Shown piece after piece: positions 40,108 through 50,399 of a DNA stretch of 64,000 bases. The stretch's first letter is position 1. Each line of letters begins with the position of its first letter. This DNA is from Amoebidium appalachense (lineage: Eukaryota > Protista > Ichthyosporea). The notes beneath the pieces were generated by a model. The model worked only from the letters and a program-made list of their open reading frames with translations, did not search any database and was not told where the DNA came from. The position numbers were made by a program, and so were the translations under genes. The stretch covers positions 8,184,855 through 8,248,854 of the forward strand of contig CAVNZM010000006.1 of the NCBI GenBank assembly GCA_963693365.1, written 5' to 3'.

Positions 40108-40783
40108 ACCACAAAACCCCTCCAAGCCCCCCCACTTTCCCACCCACCGGGTGGGAAAGTGGGGGGGCTTGATGGGGTTTTGTGGTGCACGGCTAAAACT
40201 CGGTGCACACGTTCCTAGCACCCATATCCTACTTGGTACCCAGTTTCAACTGCTACTTGCACGTGGAACACGTTATATTCATTATTTGGTGGTGCCCTGA
40301 GTAGTTGATGTTGCACATGTACAAAAAAAAACATTTACGGGTGTAAATGTACGGGGTTTTTTTTGGTATTTTGGCTGCAGCCCTGTAACTTGGCCCATAC
40401 CTCCCTAGTACCTATATGCTGCTATTCCCCAAAGATGGATGCTCCCACGCCATTGGTTCGGGGGTGGCAACAAAAGTGCACCTAGCCATATGAAGGCACA
40501 TATAGGAAAAACGTACCCGCCGGGTGGGAAAGTGGGGGGGCTTGATGGGGTTTTGTGGTGCACGGCTAAAACTCGGTGCACACGTTCCTAGCACCCATAT
40601 CCTACTTTGTACCAAGTTTCAACTGCTACTTGCACGTGGAACACGTTATATTCATTATTTGGTGGTGCCCTGAGTAGTTGATGTTGCACATGTAGGAAAA
40701 AAGAACTTTTGCGGGTGTAAACGTAGGGGTTTTTTTTTCGGTATCTTTGCTGTAGCCCTGTTACTTGGCCCATACCTCCCTAG
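40108..40783. repeat. Intronic about 265-bp direct duplication (40148-40410 and 40520-40783) with an adjoining about 79-bp hairpin (40108-40186)
   Basis: accacaaaacccc..caagcccccccactttcccaccc-acc-gggtgggaaagtgggggggcttg..ggggttttgtggt; the downstream block is repeated with a few substitutions. Confidence 0.85.
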
Positions 40784-40810
40784 TCCAACCCACCCACCCA
40801 CCCACCCACC

Positions 40811-40912
<102 letters not shown>

Positions 40913-41332
40913 GGGGGGGGGGGGGGGTCCGACACACACATACCTGGTGCACGTCACCTTCCGTCCTTCTGGCCAGTCGGTGATATAGTATGATACACGC
41001 GGGTAAAACAACCGCCACTTATCATCGCTGCTACAGAAAAACCAACGTCCGTTCTCGTTCATGGCCCTCAGGGGCTCACCTATGACCTTGTCCAAAACGC
41101 GATGGAACAGCTTGTTACGTGCAGCAGCTTTGCCAGGCTCTGATATCTTCTCCTTGAATTCCAGCTCTGGTATGTAAGCTACGGGTAGTCTACGGAAAGT
41201 GGAAAGAAGAAAAAGGGGGGTTAGGGTGGGGGGGGGGAGGGGGGGAGCACAAGAGAATTAGGGGGACGGGATAGGGGGGAGGAGGTGTTGCTTTGTTGGG
41301 GGGGGGGGGGGAGGGGGAGGGGAGGGGGGGGG

Positions 41333-41658
41333 GGTTGGAGCCCCAGGGGGGGGGGGGGGGGGGGGGTAAGGGGTTGGTGTCAACCGTGGCACTGGATATC
41401 CATTTGAGCATACCCTATACGGGTAATTGTTCCCAAAACCATATGCATTGTGGCTCTAATTGTACATTAGGATGATTGATATCCTTTGTATACCCTGTTG
41501 GTTATGTAGTGTATGTACGTTGGACATGTAAGGATATTCATATAGATATCACACGTGATCACCATTGGCCATCGAATCTATGTCCATTGGATTCTGTGTT
41601 CCTTCAGCTGGCAACCGTCACATTATGGAGAAAGAGGTGGAGGGAGTTTTTTATTCTT

Positions 41659-41731
<73 letters not shown>

Positions 41732-42020
41732 TACTTGAAGCAGTCCTTTGATCGAACCGTTTTGTCAATGTTTCCACATGACACGTAGACAGGGTAGCCT
41801 TTTACTATGCACTATGGCCAAGTCTGCGCACGACTGCTTTCATTGTTCATCTGAGAACGACCTCAAGTCAAGCAAATTCCATGCCGGGGACCATTGCAGC
41901 GACGACACCCGCCTTTTTGGTTCTGTAGAGCTATGAACGGGCACACAAGCATTACTGCAAGCTACCATATCGTATGACAAACAAGAACCGTACGTTCATG
42001 TTGCAGGTATGTGTGTGTGT
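41333..42020. pseudogene. Rearranged duplicates of Plavaka sequence: direct copy of intron segment 38020-38294 and inverted copy of exon 37967-37763
   Basis: 41333-41613 matches 38020-38294. 41814-42020 (+) encodes MAKSAHDCFHCSSENDLKSSKFH... with a small frameshifting deletion and keeps the donor site. Confidence 0.88.
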
Positions 42021-42343
42021 CGGGATAGGGGAGAGGAGGTGTTGCTTTGTTGGGGGGGGGGGGGGAGGGGGGGGGGGTGGGGGTTTACACACTTTTTATT
42101 GCGTGGACACTGCTTGGAGGGGTGGAGCCCCAGGGGGGGGGGGGGGGGGGGGGTAAGGGGTGCGCGTGCGTCCGTGCACACGTGTATGTGAGTGTGCCAC
42201 GCGTGTACGGTGCGCGTGGGTTTTAATTTCTGTGTGTGTATTAAAGTGCGCGCGTGCGCATCATATGCAGACGTACGCGTGCATGCATATGTCGACGATG
42301 TGTGTGTGTCGTTGACAGTGCGTGAACGCATACGTGCATCATA

Positions 42344-42379
<36 letters not shown>

Positions 42380-42564
42380 ATGTATGGATGTGCTGTATGC
42401 ACGTAAATGAATATCCTTGCTTCTTTATGATAATATATGTGCACAGTGCTAATTAGTACTAGCGTATACGTACACATGCCATGGCGCGCGCCGGCCAGTC
42501 GGTGAAGCATGCACGTGCACATTGTTTTAATTAATATAAAAATGGAGGGGGGGGGGGGGAGGGG

Positions 42565-42619
<55 letters not shown>

Positions 42620-42745
42620 CTGGCCATGGCCGGGGGAACAACCTGAGTGCATATGCATGTACTGCAGCTGCACGGTGCGGGCGTACCGTTTACGGTACAG
42701 TGCATGCATGCGCGCACTAACAATATATACTTGATATCGAATACC

Positions 42746-43166
42746 ATTGGGATATTCGGGTTGGTTGTAAGGTTTTCCGGGTCGGGCCGAAGGCCTTAAC
42801 GGGCCGCAGGCCCGTCTATTGGGCCATAGGCCCTAGGCCGCTAGGCCTGGGGCCCGGGGCGCCGGGGACCGGGGGCCCGGCCCGGCCCGCGAGCCACCCC
42901 GGCCCGGCCCGGCCCCCCCGGCCCGGCCCCGAATCTGCTAACCCCGGGGCCGGGCCGGGGGGCCGAGATTCTGCTAACCCCGGGGCCGGGCCGGGGGGGC
43001 CGGGCCGGGCCGGGGTGGCTCGCGGGCCGGGCCGGGCCCCCGGTCCCCGGCGCCCCGGGCCCCAGGCCTAGCGGTCTAGGGCCTATGGCCCAATAGACGG
43101 GCCTGCGGCCCGTTAAGGCCTTCGGCCCGACCCGGAAAACCTTACAACCAACCCGAATATCCCAAT
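42746..43166. repeat. 421-bp GC-rich palindrome (186-bp arms, 49-bp centre)
   Basis: 42746-42931 is the reverse complement of 42981-43166 with one mismatch that I could find (ccctaggccg vs ccctagaccg). Confidence 0.97.
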
Positions 43167-43420
43167 ATTACTTCATTCTGATTGGTTGTCACACCACGGG
43201 GTTTCCCGATTGTTCTTCGAATGACATTTGCTATCACTATCAGACTGTTCTCCAATATCAGAACAGAAAACGGTCTCTACCCAGATGGCCAGATGGCCAG
43301 GTCAAATTCAGTGTGTGGAAAAAGGTGGATAAAACGGGATAAAACGGTGAGCAAAATGATCTGGCCATCTGGCCATGTGGCCATGGAATCTCTATATCTA
43401 AAAATAGCTGCCACTGCGCC

Positions 43421-43600
43421 GGGGCGTGGTTCCGGGAGGCAGGGGAGCAGGGGAGCAGGGGGGGGCACGTGAGCACTCACTGGGGCCTGGTTCCGGGAGG
43501 CAGGGGAGCAGGGGAGGCAGGGGGGGGGGGGCACGTGAGCACTCACTGGGGCCTGGTTCCGGGAGGCAGGGGAGCAGGGGAGGCAGGGGAGCAGGGGAGA
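43421..43600. repeat. G-rich tandem repeat, about 3 copies of 60-66 bp
   Basis: ggggcctggttccgggaggcaggggagcagggg...gcacgtgagcactcact repeated. Confidence 0.9.
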
Positions 43601-43676
43601 CTGGCATGCCACTCACGGGGAGGATAGTGTATGTTGGCACCATGCGGCTGTGTGGGTGATAAAGGCAGAAGCCACA

Positions 43677-44651
43677 ACACGTGTGGTGTCTAAACAGCCT
43701 ATAGGCATGCTCCGTGTGCAGGCACCAATTTCTACCCTCTTCTGGTTGGTGCCAAGAGGCAGCGCCCTACACGTGTGGTGTCTAAACAGCCTATAGGCAT
43801 GCTCCGTGTGCAGGCACCAATTTCTACCCTCTTCTGGTTGGTGCCAAGAGGCAGCGCCCTACACGTGTGGTGTCTAAACAGCCTATAGGCATGCTCCGTG
43901 TGCAGGCACCAATTTCTACCCTCTTCTGGTTGGTGCCAAGAGGCAGCGCCCTACACGTGTGGTGTCTAAACAGCCTATAGGCATGCTCCGTGTGCAGGCA
44001 CCAATTTCTACCCTCTTCTGGTTGGTGCCAAGAGGCAGCGCCCTACACGTGTGGTGTCTAAACAGCCTATAGGCATGCTCCGTGTGCAGGCACCAATTTC
44101 TACCCTCCTCTGGTTGGTGCCAAGAGGCAGCGCCCTACACGTGTGGTGTCTAAACAGCCTATAGGCATGCTCCGTGTGCAGGCACCAATTTCTACCCTCT
44201 TCTGGTTGGTGCCAAGAGGCAGCGCCCTACACGTGTGGTGTCTAAACAGCCTATAGGCATGCTCCGTGTGCAGGCACCAATTTCTACCCTCTTCTGGTTG
44301 GTGCCAAGAGGCAGCGCCCTACACGTGTGGTGTCTAAACAGCCTATAGGCATGCTCCGTGTGCAGGCACCAATTTCTACCCTCTTCTGGTTGGTGCCAAG
44401 AGGCAGCGCCCTACACGTGTGGTGTCTAAACAGCCTATAGGCATGCTCCGTGTGCAGGCACCAATTTCTACCCTCTTCTGGTTGGTGCCAAGAGGCAGCG
44501 CCCTACACGTGTGGTGTCTAAACAGCCTATAGGCATGCTCCGTGTGCAGGCCCAAATTTCTACCCTCTTCTGGTTGGTGCCAAGAGGCAGCGCCCTACAC
44601 GTGTGGTGTCTAAACAGCCTATAGGCATGCTCCGTGTGCAGGCACCAATTT
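43677..44651. repeat. 92-bp tandem array, about 10.6 near-identical copies
   Basis: gtgtggtgtctaaac starts at 43681, 43773, 43865, 43957, 44049, 44141 ... 44601 (exact 92-bp period); only two single-base variants seen. Confidence 0.97.
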
Positions 44652-44837
44652 GTTGTGCCTTCCTTTTTTGGTTAGATCTATACCCGGCCAATGGTTAGCA
44701 GCCACGGGTTTGTTTTCATCAAGCTTAGACGTGATACTTTGCCAACCATCAAGGCCGTTTGAGTGACAATGACCGTTGATTGGAGAGATCTATCCCATTG
44801 AGCCTTGGCACCATTGCTGTAAGCTGCTTTGTACCGT

Positions 44838-44850
44838 GGCATATAAAAGC
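44838..44850 (+). promoter_or_regulatory. TATA-box motif GGCATATAAAAGC upstream of the 44945 ORF
   Basis: An identical 13-mer lies on the minus strand at 48758-48770 upstream of the 48674 ORF; CCAAT/ATTGG words lie further upstream of both. Confidence 0.7.
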
Positions 44851-44944
44851 AGCACACACGGTCACATTCACTCATTTCAACACTGACACTCAATAGTAAA
44901 AGGCGACACACAACAAACTTGTTTTTCAAACACTCACACGAAAC

Positions 44945-46144
44945 ATGGATTCTTTGAAAGAGGAGCTTCAACAGCTGCAGAAGCGATTTGATTTTCTGTA
45001 CACGGACCATTCGTCTCGCTTAACGGCCCTGCACACCGACCTCATCAGCCTCCGCAGTCAAGTGACCAATGAGAATGCTGCGCGTACGCCCCGACCCCCC
45101 CAACCCCAGCCCTCTGATGTAGAGGCACGACTGAGGGCAGCCGAAGAGCAGATCAAGACCCTGCAGGCCGAGCTTGCCAGCCTGCAACGGGCTGCAGCAC
45201 CCCGTCGGGATGGCCAGGTGGCCTATGAAAACTACATTTTCAGTGGCCCTCGCAAGACTACCATTGCCGCCAACACCACCACTGTGACTGCTGACCCCAC
45301 CCCTGCCGCCAACACCACCACTGTGACTGCCCCCACCCCTGCCGCAAAGACCACCCCTGTGACTGCCCCCACCCCTGTCGCAAAGACCGCCCCTGTGACT
45401 GCCCCCACCCCTGCCGCAAAGACCACCCCTGTGACTGCCCCCACCCCTGTCGCAAAGACCGCCCCTGTGACTGCCCCCACCCCTGCCGCCAAGACCACTC
45501 CTGCCAAGACCACCCCTACCACCAAGACCACTCCTGCCAAGACCACCCCTACCACCAAGACCACTCCTGCCAAGACCACCCCTACCACCAAGACCACTCC
45601 TGCCAAGACCACCCCTGCCGCTAAGCCCAGGCCCAAGCACACCAAAACACCTGAGACTTCGTTGCATGACCATACGATGGACCTCGATGCACAGCTAACT
45701 AGTGTGAGGGGGGAGCTCCAGAATGCTCGAGAGCGTGTCAAAGAGGCAAAGGCGGCTGAAGATGAAATGGCGGAGGGCCTGGCCATTGCTGCTGTGTGTG
45801 CAGCCCAAAACACCATAAAAAGCATCCGAAGGAAGATTCTGCGACGGGAGAAGAACTTGAAGGCATACACAGGTGGTAATGAGTCTGTCTCTTCACCTGC
45901 CTCACCCACCAAACGCGTCCATGATCAATGCGATTGGGACTCAGATGAAGCATTCAACCCCAAGCGGCTCAAACGACGGGCAAATCAGGTACTCGATGAT
46001 ATGACAGATGACGAATCTGCGTCTGATCGTGAGTCGGTCGTGTATGACCGCAAACCTGAACCCAAACATAAACAAACTGAAGAAATTCCCCTCATTGATC
46101 TTGACCAGGAAGAGTTTGACCAGTATGAGCATGAGATGTACTGA
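44945..46144 (+). CDS. Hypothetical protein: N-terminal coiled coil, P/T/A/K-rich tandem repeats, second coiled coil, basic and acidic tail
   Basis: 399-aa ATG ORF with upstream TATA; in-frame repeats PVTAPTPAAKTT and TTKTTPAKTTP. Confidence 0.8.
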   Translation: MDSLKEELQQLQKRFDFLYTDHSSRLTALHTDLISLRSQVTNENAARTPRPPQPQPSDVEARLRAAEEQIKTLQAELASLQRAAAPRRDGQVAYENYIFSGPRKTTIAANTTTVTADPTPAANTTTVTAPTPAAKTTPVTAPTPVAKTAPVTAPTPAAKTTPVTAPTPVAKTAPVTAPTPAAKTTPAKTTPTTKTTPAKTTPTTKTTPAKTTPTTKTTPAKTTPAAKPRPKHTKTPETSLHDHTMDLDAQLTSVRGELQNARERVKEAKAAEDEMAEGLAIAAVCAAQNTIKSIRRKILRREKNLKAYTGGNESVSSPASPTKRVHDQCDWDSDEAFNPKRLKRRANQVLDDMTDDESASDRESVVYDRKPEPKHKQTEEIPLIDLDQEEFDQYEHEMY

Positions 46145-46544
46145 TTTGATTGGTCGACTAAGTGGCATTCTCTTTTGATTTGTATTTGAATTGATCGGTC
46201 TTGATTTATTTGTTTCTTTTCTCTTTTAGTTTGTATTTGAATATACTCGGTCCAAGTTGATTTGTTCTTTGTAATCTGACTAGACTATCATGTACGTACT
46301 TACTCTTTTTCTATACAATCACTTGTGTTCATATTAAAGGATTCTGTGTACGTGGACCACGGAAACATACACCATTTTTTGCAGTGCTTCATGCTATAAA
46401 ATAACCATGAGAGACACAAACAAATACACTAAGTGTGTACACGTCTACCCATAGGCCCAAGTGTTGACATGTCTGCCCACAGTTCCCTAAGGCTTAAAGC
46501 ACACATCTGCCTGTATGCCATAAACTTTACTTTCACCACAAGAC

Positions 46545-47826
46545 ACCCACCTAAGTACACTCTGCACCACCCTAAGTACACTGTGGTGCACAGCCCCACC
46601 CTAAGTACACTCTGCACCACCCTAAGTACACTGTGGTGCACAGCCCCACCCTAAGTACACGTCTGCACCACCCTAACCCTAAGTACACTGTGGTGCACAG
46701 CCCCACCCTAAGTACACTCTGCACCACCCTAAGTACACTCTGCACCACCCTAAGTACACTCTGCACCACCCTAAGTACACTCTGCACCACCCTAAGTACA
46801 CTCTGCACCACCCTAAGTACACGTCTGCACCACCCTAAGTACACGTCTGCACCACCCTAAGTACACGTCTGCACCACCCTAAGTACACGTCTGCACCACC
46901 CTAAGTACACGTCTGCACCACCCTAAGTACACGTCTGCACCACCCTAAGTACACTCTGCACCACCCTAAGTACACGTCTGCACCACCCTAAGTACACTCT
47001 GCACCACCCTAAGTACACGTCTGCACCACCCTAAGTACACTCTGCACCACCCTAAGTACACGTCTGCACCACCCTAAGTACACTCTGCACCACCCTAAGT
47101 ACACGTCTGCACCGCCCTAAGTACACTCTGCACAGCCCCACCCTAAGTACACTCTGCACCACCCTAGGTACACTCTGCACCGCCCTAAGTACACTCTGCA
47201 CAGCCCCACCCTAAGTACACGTCTGCACCACCCTAAGTACACGTCTGCACCACCCTAAGTAGACCTCTGCACCACCCTAAGTAGACCTCTGCACCACCCT
47301 AAGTACACGTCTGCACCACCCTAGGTACACTCTGCACCGCCCTAAGTACACTCTGCACAGCCCCACCCTAAGTACACGTCTGCACCACCCTAAGTACACG
47401 TCTGCACCACCCTAAGTAGACCTCTGCACCACCCTAAGTAGACCTCTGCACCACCCTAAGTACACGTCTGCACCACCCTAAGTACACGTCTGCACCACCC
47501 TAAGTACACGTCTGCACCACCCTAAGTACACCTCTGCACCACCCTAAGTACACGTCTGCACCACCCTAAGTAGACCTCTGCACCACCCTAAGTAGACCTC
47601 TGCACCACCCTAAGTACACGTCTGCACCACCCTAAGTAGACCTCTGCACCACCCTAAGTACACGTCTGCACCACCCTAAGTACACCTCTGCACAGCCCTA
47701 AGTACACCTCTGCACCACCCTAAGTACACCTCTGCACAGCCCTAAGTACACTCTGCACAGCCCCACCCTAAGTACACTCTGCACCACCCTAAGTACACTC
47801 TGCACAGCCCCACCCTAAGTACACTC
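46545..47826. repeat. 21-22-bp minisatellite (roughly 55-60 units) containing CCCTAA
   Basis: Units ccctaagtacactctgcacca, ccctaagtacacgtctgcacca, ccctaagtagacctctgcacca and longer ...cacagcccca variants. Confidence 0.95.
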
Positions 47827-47903
47827 AATGTTAAGTACATCTGCACACAAGCACTAGAATAGCCTGAGGCTACTCTCTAATAGCGGCCCCTTTTTTCACC
47901 GTG

Positions 47904-48674
47904 TCAAGGCCAGTTGATATATTCGTCTGAAGACTCGGAAGACGCCCCAGAGCTGCTGGCTTCACTGGCTCGTGCCCTTTTCTGCTGTCCCCGTGTCAAG
48001 GTCTTGGACTCGGAAGACGAGTACTCCTCAGAAGACGAGTACTCCTCAGGTTCTGACTGCTGTCCCCGTAGCAAGGTCTTGGACAAGGTCTTGAACCAAG
48101 GAGGCACTTCCTCCTGTACCTTCGACCCAGAGCTTTTGACTTCCTCTCGTGTCCTCTTCTGCTGTCTTGGTGGTTTCTCCCGTGTCTTGGACCCCTGTGT
48201 GAAGGTCTTCCAGTTGAACCAAGGAGGCACTGGAGAATGGTGCTCCTCCTCCGACCCAGAGCTTCTGACTTCCTCTCGTGTCCTCTTCTGCTGTCTTCGT
48301 GGTTTCTCCCGTGTCTTGGACCCCTGTGTGATGTGCAAACGTGAGCGCTGCAGGGGCAGGGGGGCCAAGTCCACGGGATAGGAGCTGCCATGCTCGCCAG
48401 CACGAAGTGCAGGTGCCGCTGCCAGGACAGGGGGTGCCACGGTCAGCGCTGGGGGTGCCACGGTTGCTGCTGGGGGTGCCACGGTTGCTGCTGGGGGTGC
48501 CACGGTTGCTGCTGTAGTGGTGCGCTTGCTTAAAGCCATGCGGGCGTGCCTAGCAAGGGCGCACGCGAAACGGGTCTGGGTGTCCCGCAGGACCTTTGCA
48601 TCCTGCTCCAAAGTCTTGAGTCTTGTCTCTATTTTTTCAGCGCGCCTTTCTAGATCTTTGATGTTAGAACTCAT
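47904..48674 (-). CDS. Hypothetical protein: N-terminal coiled coil, AATVAPP repeats, duplicated basic/Ser-rich block
   Basis: First ATG (MSSNIKDLE) about 90 bp downstream of the TATA at 48758-48770; TQGSKTREKP..QQKRTREEV occurs twice. Confidence 0.75.
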   Translation of the reverse strand: MSSNIKDLERRAEKIETRLKTLEQDAKVLRDTQTRFACALARHARMALSKRTTTAATVAPPAATVAPPAATVAPPALTVAPPVLAAAPALRAGEHGSSYPVDLAPLPLQRSRLHITQGSKTREKPRRQQKRTREEVRSSGSEEEHHSPVPPWFNWKTFTQGSKTREKPPRQQKRTREEVKSSGSKVQEEVPPWFKTLSKTLLRGQQSEPEEYSSSEEYSSSESKTLTRGQQKRARASEASSSGASSESSDEYINWP

Positions 48675-49339
48675 TTTCGTGACAGTTGGATGTACGTTGT
48701 GTGCCAAGGGAGAAGCTAGCTAACATGGAAAAGGTGTGTGGATTGAAGAGAGTATGGGCTTTTATATGCCGTGCCCGGCTTTGGCATCAGATGCTTTATT
48801 GCATTAGATTGGTTGGATATACCCCAGCCGCGACGCTTGATTGGATCTAGAGATCGCGTGAATATCTGATTGGCTAATTGTCATTTGGGCATCTTGGTGT
48901 ATCCGATAAGTTGGGGCTCAACCAAATCTGCTGACTGATTGATGAATTCTGATTGGATCAACAAGAGCATGTTTTGACTTGAGAATTGTCATTTGACAGA
49001 TTGGATTGTAATCCGATCTTTGCAACTTGGCCGTCAGTGTTTGAACACAATGTATTTTGATGTAGCAACTCCTAAAAAAACACGAATATGCTTCCCAACA
49101 ATTACGAGCATTATTCTGTCTATCAGGGATACAAAAATTGGTCAGGAAAAGTACACAATCACATGGTGCTGACTGCTTGAACACGATGTCAACTGATAGC
49201 GAATCGGTGCACTGCCTGCTGGGAACAACATGTCACTTTTTGAGCAGCACTTAGGAAACTCGCGCTCACGTGGATCCAATACTTATACACCAACCAGAAG
49301 TGTGCGCACAAAAAGGGGTCCGAGCTGGATACAAATGGC

Positions 49340-49575
49340 TTGGTGTGTGTGTGTGTGTGTTTTATTTTGCACTGTGTAAGGAGCGCTTTTTTTGTTCACA
49401 CTGCTTTACTTTGTAAATAATCAGTGGCGAGTTTTTTAGTTCACGGTGTGTTTGCGCATCATAGGATTTTGCTTTATTTTGCATTGTGTAAGAGGAACGT
49501 TTTTTTTTGGGTCACACTTTTGCTTCGTAAAAATAAGAGGGACGTTTTTTATGTTCACACTGCTTTGCTTCGTGG
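49340..49575. repeat. T-rich imperfect direct repeats upstream of the 49620 ORF
   Basis: tttattttgca.tgtgtaag occurs twice and tcacactgcttt-like words occur three times. Confidence 0.6.
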
Positions 49576-49619
49576 ATAAAAACTAAACACCTCCTGCCCA
49601 ACCGGCTGCAAACGACACA

Positions 49620-49982
49620 ATGGATGAAAGTTTAACAGTCACACAGCGCCAAGATGCACACACCGAGCAGCTGCAAGAGACCAACAAGATGCTGAAGGAG
49701 GCCAACGAGGGGCTGCACGGGCTGATCCAGCAGCTGAGGGAGTTGAACAACGACATGGACAAGGACAACGACGCGCTGCGCACAATGAACAAGAACCAGC
49801 GGGAGGTGATCAAGGGCCTGCAAGAGGAGCGCAACAAGGTGTGCGAAGAGAACAAGAATTTGGTGGTGGAGAACCAAGAGCTGCAGCTGGAAAACGACAA
49901 GCTGAAGAAGCAAAAGGACTTTCTACGGGCCTGTCTCATACGGCTGGGCCAGTCCGCTAAGACTCCGGATGAAACGGATTGA
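49620..49982 (+). CDS. Small coiled-coil protein
   Basis: 120-aa ATG ORF with strong heptad periodicity and GC3-rich codons. Confidence 0.8.
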   Translation: MDESLTVTQRQDAHTEQLQETNKMLKEANEGLHGLIQQLRELNNDMDKDNDALRTMNKNQREVIKGLQEERNKVCEENKNLVVENQELQLENDKLKKQKDFLRACLIRLGQSAKTPDETD

Positions 49983-50040
49983 TACAGTCATGAGGGATAA
50001 CACTTGCGAGTGATTTCATTCTGTTACTTAGTATGTATTA

Positions 50041-50328
50041 ACGTCTAAGCTTGATGAAAACAAACCCGTGGCTGCTAACCATTGGCCGGGTATAGATCTA
50101 ACCAAAAAAGGAAGGCACAACAAATTAGTGCCCTGCACACAGAGCATGCCTATAGGCTGTTTAGACACCACACGTGTAGGGCACTGCCTCTTGGCACCAA
50201 CCAGAAGAGGGTAGAAATCAGTGCCCTGCACACGGAGCATGCCTATAGGCTGTTTAGACACCACACGTGTAGGGCACTGCCCCTTGGCACCAACCAGAAG
50301 AGGGTAGAAATCAGTGCCCTGCACACGG
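50041..50328 (-). repeat. Inverted copy of the array end: about 81 bp of unique flank plus about 2.2 units of 93 bp
   Basis: 50041-50121 is the reverse complement of 44652-44732; gtgccctgcac recurs at 50128, 50221 and 50314. Confidence 0.95.
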
Positions 50329-50399
50329 GGCAACTGGAAATACATGTTTTAGGGCTCGTAGCCCACCCAGACAAAATTATTTTCTAGTATAAGATAATA

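Noticed and set aside
43677-44651. CRISPR-like array
   Set aside because: Units are contiguous and near-identical with no unique spacers, and no cas genes are present.
46545-47826. CRISPR array or true telomere
   Set aside because: Variation is limited to a few recurring unit types, and CCCTAA is interspersed rather than in long tandem runs. The array is internal.
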